In this document: piece after piece, positions 1 to 11,400 of the stretch
Layout of the letters: each line of letters starts with the position of its first letter
Position numbering within the stretch: position 1 is the first letter of the stretch
Assembly (NCBI GenBank): GCA_002269645.1
Contig: NIVC01005246.1
Location: forward strand, 1 to 18,204
Source of the DNA: Macrostomum lignano
Taxonomy: Eukaryota
Length of the DNA stretch: 18,204 bases
Direction of reading: 5' to 3'
Notes under the pieces: model-generated
Told to the model about the DNA's origin: nothing
What the model saw: the letters and a program-made list of their open reading frames with translations, nothing else
The model's database searches: none
Made by a program: the position numbers and the translations under genes

Positions 1-84
1 ACAGCAGAGGCAGGCAGGGTATGCAGGGGCATGCGAACCGTCAAGGGCCACGCGAGGATAGAGTGGAGGAGCAGAGATGTGTTT

Positions 85-660
85 GGACAGAGAGCCAGCC
101 ACGTGTGCGTAGTGTGAGGGAACAGAAACATATGGAGCAGGAGGGAGATAGGAAGCAAACGCGCAGGGTAAGGGAGCCACACAGGGCGGTACAGTGAGAC
201 ACGGGCAGGGGTGGAGCCGTGCGTGGACAGAGCTGAACGGCACGTCAGCTGCAGGAATAGGATGATAGAGAGGCGCGGAGGGGACAGAGAGCAGTGTGCA
301 GGGTAGGCAGCCACGCAGGCTGGGGAACAGAGAGGCGCGTGTCAGCCAGTTGCAGCCCGGGACAGAGAAGTATGAAGGGGGGCCTGGGACAGAGCGAGCA
401 AGGCACAGAGGTAGGGTCCTGTAGCTATGTATAGGCAGGGAGCCACGCAGGCAGGACAGGGGAGCAGACATGCAAGTTGCATGCAAGGCCAGAGAGGTGT
501 GCGCGGAGGGAGACAGAGAGCAGTGTGTAGGGGTAGGTAACAGCAAACTTTAGTAGCGGCGCGTGCGGGGACGGAGAAACCAGTCAGAGCATACAGAGAC
601 GTTACAGAGAGGTACACAAGCAGAGACCAAAGCGAGCAGAGCACATGTGTAGGGACAGAG
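85..660 (+). repeat. Purine-rich cluster of (G)GGACAGAG motifs with longer degenerate duplications
   Basis: GGACAGAG/GGGACAGAG at 85, 225, 281, 359, 386 and 652, plus variants near 323, 508 and 568. The block GCGCGGAGGG(G/AG)ACAGAGAGCAGTGTG(C/T)AGGG(G)TAGG occurs at ~274-306 and ~501-537. Confidence 0.65.
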
Positions 661-727
661 ACGTGAGGGAGAATCGACCAAAAACACGCTATGTATTTTC
701 AAAAGTTGGTTTTAGTGCAACATGTTT

Positions 728-785
728 AATAGTGGGTAGTATAATAGTATGTACATAGTAGGTATAATAGTAGTAATAATAGTAA
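728..785. repeat. Low-complexity TAG/TAA (TAGTA-rich) tract
   Basis: AATAGTGGGTAGTATAATAGTATGTACATAGTAGGTATAATAGTAGTAATAATAGTAAG read directly. Confidence 0.5.
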
Positions 786-1696
786 GCATATTAGCCCAAA
801 AGGTAGACTAAAACAGGCTAAACTGTGTGTACGCATCCTCATCACCCCACAAGCCCCCTCTCCGCCAGACTCACTCTACCAAACCCTCCTGTATTGCTGC
901 ATGAAGGAAAATATAGTGTAAAAATACAGATCTTAACCGTCAGACCGCTGAAATCAGGGCACACTAGAGGGGGTTTCGGGTCTGCATGCTCTATGTAAGC
1001 TGCTTGAGGAGGTTCCAAGGGCGTTGTGAGGGTTTCCATTATGTTTTGAAAAAAAACTAGAGGCTTAAATACAACGTTTTATTCAAAAGTAGGTTATTTT
1101 AATGAAATAGCTGACACAATCATTGTCGAGAGTAGAAATTTTTATAAGAAACCAGGCATTTTAGCAAAAATAAACCTTCAAACCACATAAAATTGAATAA
1201 AAAGCAGACATTTTCAATTATAAACCGCAAGTATTTTAATAGAAAAGTAAGCAAACAAGGCACAAAACCAGCAAATTTTACCTTTTTATTTTAATGTTAC
1301 TGATAAGGTAGAGAGTAGAAACTTGTGAGCTGTACGGAGTTAGAAAGTATTAACCATTATGTATCGTATGAATTATTAGTTCAGTACCAGCCATTGGTCA
1401 AGCGAGCATTTATGAAGTTATTACGAGTGATGAAGGGATAGAGAGCTATATACAGGAAGACAGTATCCTTCTAAACCACCACGAACAGATTGCTAATAGA
1501 GATAAGCTTTGTCTGTGTGCAGTATGAGTAAGCGAAGGCGGGGCAAATACTTTTCCACATGCCGGACAGAACAGTATTGTGCTAGGATTTCTCTCGAAAT
1601 CGCGGTACGTTACTAGTTTTTATCACACCATCCAGATGCGTCAACTAGTCAGCAGTAGTCATTTATATGTTATTAGAACTTACAAACCCAGGTCAA

Positions 1697-1789
1697 GTAA
1701 ATATTACAAAGAGTATATTACGTACACACGCCAACTCGAATACCAAGCCATACTAGTCTACTTGCAGTGCTCCTGGAGGGAAGGGACGG
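1697..1789 (+). repeat. Dispersed ~90-bp direct repeat, copy 1
   Basis: GTAAATATTACA...GAATACCAAGCCATACTAGTCTAC(T/C)TGCAGTGCTCC..GAGGGAAGGGA(C/T)GG is shared with 2257-2346. Confidence 0.85.
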
Positions 1790-1793
1790 CGGG

Positions 1794-1915
1794 GTGTACA
1801 TCCGGCAGGGTGGGCGTCCAGCGAGTGTACATCTGACAGGATGGGTGTTCAGCAAGTGTACATCTGACAGGGTGGGCGTTCAGCAAGTGTACCTTCAGCG
1901 TCGAGTAGGTGTACA
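1794..1915 (+). repeat. 31-bp minisatellite, 3 full copies plus 2 degenerate starts
   Basis: GTGTACATC(C/T)G(G/A)CAGG(G/A)TGGG(C/T)GT(C/T)CAGC(G/A)A starts at 1794, 1825 and 1856; further GTGTAC starts at 1887 and 1909. Confidence 0.9.
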
Positions 1916-2054
1916 CCCGTCAGTGGGAACTCAGCCCCTCCCACCAATGTCGTGTGCATGCGGTTAGTCAGTATAGTGGTGGGGTAGACGGTGCAGGAAG
2001 GAAACCCAGATGCTGACGCTGCCCTGTACAGCGAGCAACCAGCCCTCCTGTAGC

Positions 2055-2205
2055 AGGAGGGGGACAGAGAGTGCGTGGAGGCAGTAGGAGATAGAGGACG
2101 CTACCCGGCATGTCGCAGCACGCGGCGCGGGACAGAGAGGCAGTGTGTAAGTCACCCCCACAGGGAGAGCTGCCCTGGCAGGAGGCGCGGGACAGAGAGG
2201 CGGTG
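2055..2205 (+). repeat. Second GGGACAGAG motif cluster, related to 85-660
   Basis: GGGACAGAG at 2061, 2129 and 2189; GGCGCGGGACAGAGAGGC occurs twice. Confidence 0.7.
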
Positions 2206-2256
2206 AATCACACCACACGGAGAGAGCCGTACAGCGAGCTTCCCCACCCGAGTCCG

Positions 2257-2346
2257 GTAAATATTACAGAGTATTACGTGCACACGCCAGCCCTGAATAC
2301 CAAGCCATACTAGTCTACCTGCAGTGCTCCCAGAGGGAAGGGATGG
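2257..2346 (+). repeat. Dispersed ~90-bp direct repeat, copy 2 (a more degenerate third copy at ~2376-2428)
   Basis: Aligns by eye with 1697-1789 with a few substitutions and indels. 2376-2428 retains ACAAAGAGTA...CCAAG...AGTCTACTT.CAGT. Confidence 0.8.
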
Positions 2347-3560
2347 TCAGGAGTTACACACCAAGAATGCATTCATACAAAGAGTACACAACTCGAGCCC
2401 AGACACCAAGTCACAGTCTACTTACAGTAGAGATGGTAGATTAATAGCAAGATTATATTACAATTAGACCTCCCTAGCACATGAGGAGTGAAATTCAATA
2501 ATAATTGAATTCAATAATAATACAACATTTAGACGTAGTAATTTAATTACAAAATACCACTAACACTGAGCCAACGAATTGTAGGTTACAAAGGAGTTGC
2601 CACTCATATGGAAAGCCAGTATAATGCAGGTGTATATTATTAAAACATAGACAAAAACGATGCAGACGTATATACACACTATTGATTTTGTACATGTACA
2701 TTTCGGCATATTACCACACATCGCAGGCACATATTATATATCGGGGGATAGGTTAAAATACACACATCGTAGATGTAGAAGCAGACACAATGCAGGAAAA
2801 TTATGATACGAGTGTACATATTAGTGCGTAAAAGTATCATATTATGACACCCTGTAGCACATATTGACATAATGCAGGGGAAAATATTGACAGAAATAGT
2901 ACACAATTGTAGAGGTAACAACCCGCCAACTAGTAAGGACATCCAGCACTTGTTCAGGTTTTTATTATTTCGAGACGAGTGTCATGCCCCCGCAAGAGAT
3001 CTTATCAGAAATTTGTTGAACTCCACTGCAACTCTCCCCAGAGCCTCCAAATGTGAGTTTTTAACCCAGGGTCGAGTACAAAGGACCCGCCCACTCTTAA
3101 CCCAAGGGGTGATCGTAGCGGAGACCAAGTACAGTGCGGACGGAGAGGGTAACAGAAAGCGCTGCATCAGACCGCAGGGCTGCATTCCTCCCCCGAGGTA
3201 GGCGCGTCAGCTCCCACTCCTCATTTAACCATCAAGTAAACTAAAGAAGTCAAGCAGAAAGCCTTACAATCACCCGCAACCAGCACAAGTAAGAGTACTT
3301 TCCACTAGAGAGCCATAGTGCAAGATTCGCGAGCCAAGTTGAAGAAGCACACCAAATTACACTAAAGACATATGTATTAAAAAGCATACCGGCACCTCTA
3401 CAAAAACACAGTATGTACCGATTAAAGTTGCTTTTGGTGCAGTGTATTTAATAAAAAGCAGGTACCTAACACAAAAGTAGGCATCAATGCAGTGCACGGA
3501 CTAAACTGTATTTACAAACGCAGGGCAACGAACTACACACAATGTAGCGCATAGACATAA

Positions 3561-3630
3561 TTGTACGCATAAATGTACGCAATTTCCGGTATATAGGACC
3601 ACATGTACGCAAATGTACACAATGTACACA
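3561..3630 (+). repeat. Short (A/T)TGTAC(G/A)CA repeats (5 copies) grading into the CA microsatellite
   Basis: TTGTACGCA, ATGTACGCA, ATGTACGCA, ATGTACACA, ATGTACACA immediately before the (CA)n tract. Confidence 0.7.
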
Positions 3631-3635
3631 AACAA

Positions 3636-3703
<68 letters not shown>
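3636..3703 (+). repeat. (CA)n microsatellite (25 uninterrupted units at 3653-3702)
   Basis: Read directly. Confidence 0.98.
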
Positions 3704-3707
<4 letters not shown>

Positions 3708-3800
3708 CCAGGCGTATCCTGCAGAGCGCATCCTGCAGCGCCGATCGCCGCAGGCGATGGCGCCATCGGCAGGAAGCTCTTGCTGTGAATACGCCTGAGG

Positions 3801-3805
<5 letters not shown>
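3703..3805. mobile_element. ~103-bp GC-rich imperfect palindrome (MITE-like) with CGCACCC...GGGTGCG ends, between (CA)n and (GT)n
   Basis: 3703-3717 CGCACCCAGGCGTAT pairs with 3789-3805 (2-nt bulge). TCCTGC/GCAGGA and ATCGCC/GGCGAT also pair around a centre at ~3751. The palindrome is directly seen; mobility is inferred. Confidence 0.5.

Positions 3806-3836
<31 letters not shown>
3805..3836 (+). repeat. (GT)16 microsatellite
   Basis: Read directly. Confidence 0.98.
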
Positions 3837-3840
<4 letters not shown>

Positions 3841-3851
3841 GCACGGGGCAT

Positions 3852-5288
3852 TTGTTGGGCCATACGCGTACAACGGGACCCGCACTGTTGGGCCAAAAAA
3901 AATGTTGGGACTGCCCATCAAGTCCGTCCAACACTTCCAAAAAACTTACAATAGCAGCTCAAAAAAATACTCTATGGATTCAGCTCGACAGCCTCTTTTT
4001 GATGGTGCAACTCATTTTTAATAATTTTACTTTCTGAGTCCATAATTAAGCAAAAACTGGCGTCCCAATAATGAAAAATGATACAAAATTCGACTAAATC
4101 ACTATTGGGACACTGAAATGGCTAATCTGCTCCCGCATATTTTTATTGGTTTTTTCTCATATTTTTACTAATAGTAGATTTCAAGCGCATTCATTTGCTG
4201 CAGTCTTTGTTACAAGACGTAAATACATAGCATACATTAAAATACATACAAAGCAAAGCATAGCAAAACACTTTTAAGGGTATTTTATTGTCAAAGGATG
4301 GTTCTGGATGGAGATAAACCTAAAGAAATGACAAGGGCTTACATGTACTTCTGACTGTGATGGGCATCAGTACTCTACACGAACTAAATTGTTAGGACAG
4401 TGTTGCAGTGTTGAATACAACAGCCCACTCTTGTTAGGACTCATGCTATTGACTGCTGCGCGCATTCGATATTCTATAAATTGTTGGGACTGTGTGCTAG
4501 AGTGTCGTTTACAAAAGCCCACTCATATTAGGACTTACCCCGTACATGTTAGGACTAAGCCCTACCCCCCTGTGTACATGGCTCCAATTTACCAGAGTCC
4601 CCTTGCTAGTTAAGTGTACTTTTATTTTGGTCTATTATTGACGCCACCCCGCAAACGTACGGTAAACAAAATTGGCATGTACTCGCCATGCTGAAATCAA
4701 TGGTCAACTCTGCCTCTGCCATGGCACCCGAGTCACCATGGTATGGAAAGAACAGCATGGAATGGCACAGCGAGAAACATGTAAGTGGTATTAAAAAACT
4801 TTGTCGGAAACAAGAAGCATTTATATTTAAATGCTATAAAAAATACTGCTCCTGCTAAGCAGTACCTACTTTACTTCAGGTATATCACCTTTGATCAACT
4901 GCCATGTGGCGCAATTGCCAAAGGATCCGTCGACTTTAACCAGTAAGCTGTAAAAGCTTTGAGTAAAACTTGACATTTCGTCTGAATCCATTGACATCAA
5001 TAGCCTACGTGTCCAACCACAAAAATTATAAGTTTTGTACTTTTAACTCTCAGATCGGGTCTTAGCAGATTCTATAGCTATGCATGCAAGGGCCCCTCAG
5101 AGGAGATGCTTAAACACTGCAGTGCATTTTTCCTAGCAATTATTGGGACACGAAGTGTTGGGCCACTGTGTGTGTGTGTCTAGTTTTTTCCGCATTTGTT
5201 AAGTCACCTAAAGAACTCAATTAATAAAGGGCTCCAGAACAAATTGATGGGCAAACGGATGACACACTGCACAGAGACTTGTTGGGAC
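3852..5288 (+). repeat. Dispersed subterminal-type motif T(G/A)TT(G/A)GG(A/C)C
   Basis: Copies at ~3853, 3886, 3903, 4103, 4390, 4432, 4482, 4526, 4547, 5141, 5156 and 5280 on plus, and 4062-4070 on minus. Confidence 0.75.
4385..4536 (+). repeat. Degenerate ~92-bp-period direct duplication
   Basis: TAAATTGTT(A/G)GGAC(A/T)GTG...AGTGT...TACAA(C/A)AGCCCACTC...TTAGGACT at 4385-4442 and 4477-4536. Confidence 0.75.
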
Positions 5289-5474
5289 ATATTAAAAACA
5301 GCTTATTTTAGAATGGGTACACTTTACTAAAGTAGAATGCTCCTACAGAAAGCTGCAAGCAAACTAGCATCTTCTGGAGCTGACATGCAGAGAAGAATGA
5401 TTTTGTCGTCCTTGAAATCACTAAACAGATATGCGAAATCGATCTTTTGCTAATCCCACCACAGGTTCCAGTGA
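4743..5474 (+). pseudogene. Putative decayed spliced gene fragment (3 phase-compatible exons), function unknown
   Basis: Exons 4743-4780, 4880-4942 and 5054 onward are separated by GTAAGT..TTCAG (99 nt) and GTAAGC..CTCAG (111 nt) introns. The joined frame gives 76 aa (MERTAWNGTARNMYITFDQLPCGAIAKGSVDFNQSGLSRFYSYACKGPSEEMLKHCSAFF...). The same frame has only 3 stops in 139 codons from 5055 to 5471. No homolog was recognised. Confidence 0.35.
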
Positions 5475-8400
5475 AAAGAAGAAACGAAACCCATTGACTA
5501 AATTGGCAGTCGACTCAATCGATGCCGACTGCAACGGACCTGTCAGCTTCGAACTCAGGAGAGCAGCTAATAGTCTACGAGAGTAATGCTAGATGCCAGA
5601 ATGCTTCACAGCATCAAAGTCTTTAAAGCAGAAGCTTCAATAAAAGGTTAGTTCATGCTGTGGCTGCATTCGTTTTCGTGTCTAGAAGCGTTATAACTTT
5701 TTGTACTTTTAACTCTCAGATCGGGTCTTAGCAGATTCTATAGCTATGCATGCAAGGGCCCCTCAGAGGAGATGCTTAAACACTGCAGTGCATTTTTCCT
5801 AGCAATTATTGGGACACGAAGTGTTGGGCCACTGTGTGTGTGTGTCTAGTTTTTTCCGCATTTGTTAAGTCACCTAAAGAACTCAATTAATAAAGGGCTC
5901 CAGAACAAATTGATGGGCAAACGGATGACACACTGCACAGAGACTTGTTGGGACATATTAAAAACAGCTTATTTTAGAATGGGTACACTTTACTAAAGTA
6001 GAATGCTCCTACAGAAAGCTGCAAGCAAACTAGCATCTTCTGGAGCTGACATGCAGAGAAGAATGATTTTGTCGTCCTTGAAATCACTAAACAGATATGC
6101 GAAATCGATCTTTTGCTAATCCCACCACAGGTTCCAGTGAAAAGAAGAAACGAAACCCATTGACTAAATTGGCAGTCGACTCAATCGATGCCGACTGCAA
6201 CGGACCTGTCAGCTTCGAACTCAGGAGAGCAGCTAATAGTCTACGAGAGTAATGCTAGATGCCAGAATGCTTCACAGCATCAAAGTCTTTAAAGCAGAAG
6301 CTTCAATAAAGGTTAGTTCATGCTGTGGCTGCATTCGTTTTCGTGTCTAGAAGCGTTATAACTTTTTGTACTTTTAACTCTCAGATCGGGTCTTAGCAGA
6401 TTCTATAGCTATGCATGCAAGGGCCCCTCAGAGGAGATGCTTAAACACTGCAGTGCATTTTTCCTAGCAATTATTGGGACACGAAGTGTTGGGCCACTGT
6501 GTGTGTGTGTCTAGTTTTTTCCGCATTTGTTAAGTCACCTAAAGAACTCAATTAATAAAGGGCTCCAGAACAAATTGATGGGCAAACGGATGACACACTG
6601 CACAGAGACTTGTTGGGACATATTAAAAACAGCTTATTTTAGAATGGGTACACTTTACTAAAGTAGAATGCTCCTACAGAAAGCTGCAAGCAAACTAGCA
6701 TCTTCTGGAGCTGACATGCAGAGAAGAATGATTTTGTCGTCCTTGAAATCACTAAACAGATATGCGAAATCGATCTTTTGCTAATCCCACCACAGGTTCC
6801 AGTGAAAAGAAGAAACGAAACCCATTGACTAAATTGGCAGTCGACTCAATCGATGCCGACTGCAACGGACCTGTCAGCTTCGAACTCAGGAGAGCAGCTA
6901 ATAGTCTACGAGAGTAATGCTAGATGCCAGAATGCTTCACAGCATCAAAGTCTTAAAGCAGAAGCTTCAATAAAGGTTAGTTCATGCTGTGGCTGCATTC
7001 GTTTTCGTGTCTAGAAGCGTTATAACTTTTTGTACTTTTAACTCTCAGATCGGGTCTTAGCAGATTCTATAGCTATGCATGCAAGGGCCCCTCAGAGGAG
7101 ATGCTTAAACACTGCAGTGCATTTTTCCTAGCAATTATTGGGACACGAAGTGTTGGGCCACTGTGTGTGTGTGTCTAGTTTTTTCCGCATTTGTTAAGTC
7201 ACCTAAAGAACTCAATTAATAAAGGGCTCCAGAACAAATTGATGGGCAAACGGATGACACACTGCACAGAGACTTGTTGGGACATATTAAAAACAGCTTA
7301 TTTTAGAATGGGTACACTTTACTAAAGTAGAATGCTCCTACAGAAAGCTGCAAGCAAACTAGCATCTTCTGGAGCTGACATGCAGAGAAGAATGATTTTG
7401 TCGTCCTTGAAATCACTAAACAGATATGCGAAATCGATCTTTTGCTAATCCCACCACAGGTTCCAGTGAAAAGAAGAAACGAAACCCATTGACTAAATTG
7501 GCAGTCGACTCAATCGATGCCGACTGCAACGGACCTGTCAGCTTCGAACTCAGGAGAGCAGCTAATAGTCTACGAGAGTAATGCTAGATGCCAGAATGCT
7601 TCACAGCATCAAAGTCTTAAAGCAGAAGCTTCAATAAAGGTTAGTTCATGCTGTGGCTGCATTCGTTTTCGTGTCTAGAAGCGTTATAACTTTTTGTACT
7701 TTTAACTCTCAGATCGGGTCTTAGCAGATTCTATAGCTATGCATGCAAGGGCCCCTCAGAGGAGATGCTTAAACACTGCAGTGCATTTTTCCTAGCAATT
7801 ATTGGGACACGAAGTGTTGGGCCACTGTGTGTGTGTGTCTAGTTTTTTCCGCATTTGTTAAGTCACCTAAAGAACTCAATTAATAAAGGGCTCCAGAACA
7901 AATTGATGGGCAAACGGATGACACACTGCACAGAGACTTGTTGGGACATATTAAAAACAGCTTATTTTAGAATGGGTACACTTTACTAAAGTAGAATGCT
8001 CCTACAGAAAGCTGCAAGCAAACTAGCATCTTCTGGAGCTGACATGCAGAGAAGAATGATTTTGTCGTCCTTGAAATCACTAAACAGATATGCGAAATCG
8101 ATCTTTTGCTAATCCCACCACAGGTTCCAGTGAAAAGAAGAAACGAAACCCATTGACTAAATTGGCAGTCGACTCAATCGATGCCGACTGCAACGGACCT
8201 GTCAGCTTCGAACTCAGGAGAGCAGCTAATAGTCTACGAGAGTAATGCTAGATGCCAGAATGCTTCACAGCATCAAAGTCTTTAAAGCAGAAGCTTCAAT
8301 GAAAGGTTAGTTCATGCTGTGGCTGCATTCGTTTTCGTGTCTAGAAGCGTTATAACTTTTTGTACTTTTAACTCTCAGATCGGGTCTTAGCAGATTCTAT

Positions 8401-11400
8401 AGCTATGCATGCAAGGGCCCCTCAGAGGAGATGCTTAAACACTGCAGTGCATTTTTCCTAGCAATTATTGGGACACGAAGTGTTGGGCCACTGTGTGTGT
8501 GTGTCTAGTTTTTTCCGCATTTGTTAAGTCACCTAAAGAACTCAATTAATAAAGGGCTCCAGAACAAATTGATGGGCAAACGGATGACACACTGCACAGA
8601 GACTTGTTGGGACATATTAAAAACAGCTTATTTTAGAATGGGTACACTTTACTAAAGTAGAATGCTCCTACAGAAAGCTGCAAGCAAACTAGCATCTTCT
8701 GGAGCTGACATGCAGAGAAGAATGATTTTGTCGTCCTTGAAATCACTAAACAGATATGCGAAATCGATCTTTTGCTAATCCCACCACAGGTTCCAGTGAA
8801 AAGAAGAAACGAAACCCATTGACTAAATTGGCAGTCGACTCAATCGATGCCGACTGCAACGGACCTGTCAGCTTCGAACTCAGGAGAGCAGCTAATAGTC
8901 TACGAGAGTAATGCTAGATGCCAGAATGCTTCACAGCATCAAAGTCTTAAGCAGAAGCTTCAATGAAAGGTTAGTTCATGCTGTGGCTGCATTCGTTTTC
9001 GTGTCTAGAAGCGTTATAACTTTTTGTACTTTTAACTCTCAGATCGGGTCTTAGCAGATTCTATAGCTATGCATGCAAGGGCCCCTCAGAGGAGATGCTT
9101 AAACACTGCAGTGCATTTTTCCTAGCAATTATTGGGACACGAAGTGTTGGGCCACTGTGTGTGTGTGTCTAGTTTTTTCCGCATTTGTTAAGTCACCTAA
9201 AGAACTCAATTAATAAAGGGCTCCAGAACAAATTGATGGGCAAACGGATGACACACTGCACAGAGACTTGTTGGGACATATTAAAAACAGCTTATTTTAG
9301 AATGGGTACACTTTACTAAAGTAGAATGCTCCTACAGAAAGCTGCAAGCAAACTAGCATCTTCTGGAGCTGACATGCAGAGAAGAATGATTTTGTCGTCC
9401 TTGAAATCACTAAACAGATATGCGAAATCGATCTTTTGCTAATCCCACCACAGGTTCCAGTGAAAAGAAGAAACGAAACCCATTGACTAAATTGGCAGTC
9501 GACTCAATCGATGCCGACTGCAACGGACCTGTCAGCTTCGAACTCAGGAGAGCAGCTAATAGTCTACGAGAGTAATGCTAGATGCCAGAATGCTTCACAG
9601 CATCAAAGTCTTAAGCAGAAGCTTCAATGAAAGGTTAGTTCATGCTGTGGCTGCATTCGTTTTCGTGTCTAGAAGCGTTATAACTTTTTGTACTTTTAAC
9701 TCTCAGATCGGGTCTTAGCAGATTCTATAGCTATGCATGCAAGGGCCCCTCAGAGGAGATGCTTAAACACTGCAGTGCATTTTTCCTAGCAATTATTGGG
9801 ACACGAAGTGTTGGGCCACTGTGTGTGTGTGTCTAGTTTTTTCCGCATTTGTTAAGTCACCTAAAGAACTCAATTAATAAAGGGCTCCAGAACAAATTGA
9901 TGGGCAAACGGATGACACACTGCACAGAGACTTGTTGGGACATATTAAAAACAGCTTATTTTAGAATGGGTACACTTTACTAAAGTAGAATGCTCCTACA
10001 GAAAGCTGCAAGCAAACTAGCATCTTCTGGAGCTGACATGCAGAGAAGAATGATTTTGTCGTCCTTGAAATCACTAAACAGATATGCGAAATCGATCTTT
10101 TGCTAATCCCACCACAGGTTCCAGTGAAAAGAAGAAACGAAACCCATTGACTAAATTGGCAGTCGACTCAATCGATGCCGACTGCAACGGACCTGTCAGC
10201 TTCGAACTCAGGAGAGCAGCTAATAGTCTACGAGAGTAATGCTAGATGCCAGAATGCTTCACAGCATCAAAGTCTTAAAGCAGAAGCTTCAATGAAAGGT
10301 TAGTTCATGCTGTGGCTGCATTCGTTTTCGTGTCTAGAAGCGTTATAACTTTTTGTACTTTTAACTCTCAGATCGGGTCTTAGCAGATTCTATAGCTATG
10401 CATGCAAGGGCCCCTCAGAGGAGATGCTTAAACACTGCAGTGCATTTTTCCTAGCAATTATTGGGACACGAAGTGTTGGGCCACTGTGTGTGTGTGTCTA
10501 GTTTTTTCCGCATTTGTTAAGTCACCTAAAGAACTCAATTAATAAAGGGCTCCAGAACAAATTGATGGGCAAACGGATGACACACTGCACAGAGACTTGT
10601 TGGGACATATTAAAAACAGCTTATTTTAGAATGGGTACACTTTACTAAAGTAGAATGCTCCTACAGAAAGCTGCAAGCAAACTAGCATCTTCTGGAGCTG
10701 ACATGCAGAGAAGAATGATTTTGTCGTCCTTGAAATCACTAAATAGATATGCGAAATCGATCTTTTGCTAATCCCACCACAGGTTCCAGTGAAAAGAAGA
10801 AACGAAACCCATTGACTAAATTGGCAGTCGACTCAATCGATGCCGACTGCAACGGACCTGTCAGCTTCGAACTCAGGAGAGCAGCTAATAGTCTACGAGA
10901 GTAATGCTAGATGCCAGAATGCTTCACAGCATCAAAGTCTTAAGCAGAAGCTTCAATGAAAGGTTAGTTCATGCTGTGGCTGCATTCGTTTTCGTGTCTA
11001 GAAGCGTTATAACTTTTTGTACTTTTAACTCTCAGATCGGGTCTTAGCAGATTCTATAGCTATGCATGCAAGGGCCCCTCAGAGGAGATGCTTAAACACT
11101 GCAGTGCATTTTTCCTAGCAATTATTGGGACACGAAGTGTTGGGCCACTGTGTGTGTGTGTCTAGTTTTTTCCGCATTTGTTAAGTCACCTAAAGAACTC
11201 AATTAATAAAGGGCTCCAGAACAAATTGATGGGCAAACGGATGACACACTGCACAGAGACTTGTTGGGACATATTAAAAACAGCTTATTTTAGAATGGGT
11301 ACACTTTACTAAAGTAGAATGCTCCTACAGAAAGCTGCAAGCAAACTAGCATCTTCTGGAGCTGACATGCAGAGAAGAATGATTTTGTCGTCCTTGAAAT

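Noticed and set aside
2872-3201. 109-aa ORF, and the other 60-110-aa ORFs in 342-3201 and 16876-18053
   Set aside because: No recognisable domains, and they overlap degenerate repeats or each other on opposite strands. Such lengths are expected by chance. Only the signal-peptide portion of 17364-17570 is retained.
3484-4037. ORFs rich in HT/CV dipeptides (also 15762-16060)
   Set aside because: These are translations of CA/TG microsatellites, which lack stop codons in every frame.
5164-5170. RSS-like heptamer CACAGTG on the minus strand of each unit (also 15789-15795)
   Set aside because: There is no nonamer at 12- or 23-bp spacing, and the match overlaps the start of a TG run, so it is probably incidental.
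5055-5474. Alternative genetic code (TAA/TAG as sense), since the three internal stops are TAG, TAA, TAA and the frame ends in TGA
   Set aside because: Three stops are too few to support this, nothing else in the window suggests a ciliate-type genome, and ordinary decay explains it.
5026-5690. 5S rRNA, tRNA, snRNA or histone tandem gene array
   Set aside because: I recognise no conserved 5S, tRNA, U snRNA, nematode SL1 or histone sequence in the unit on either strand.
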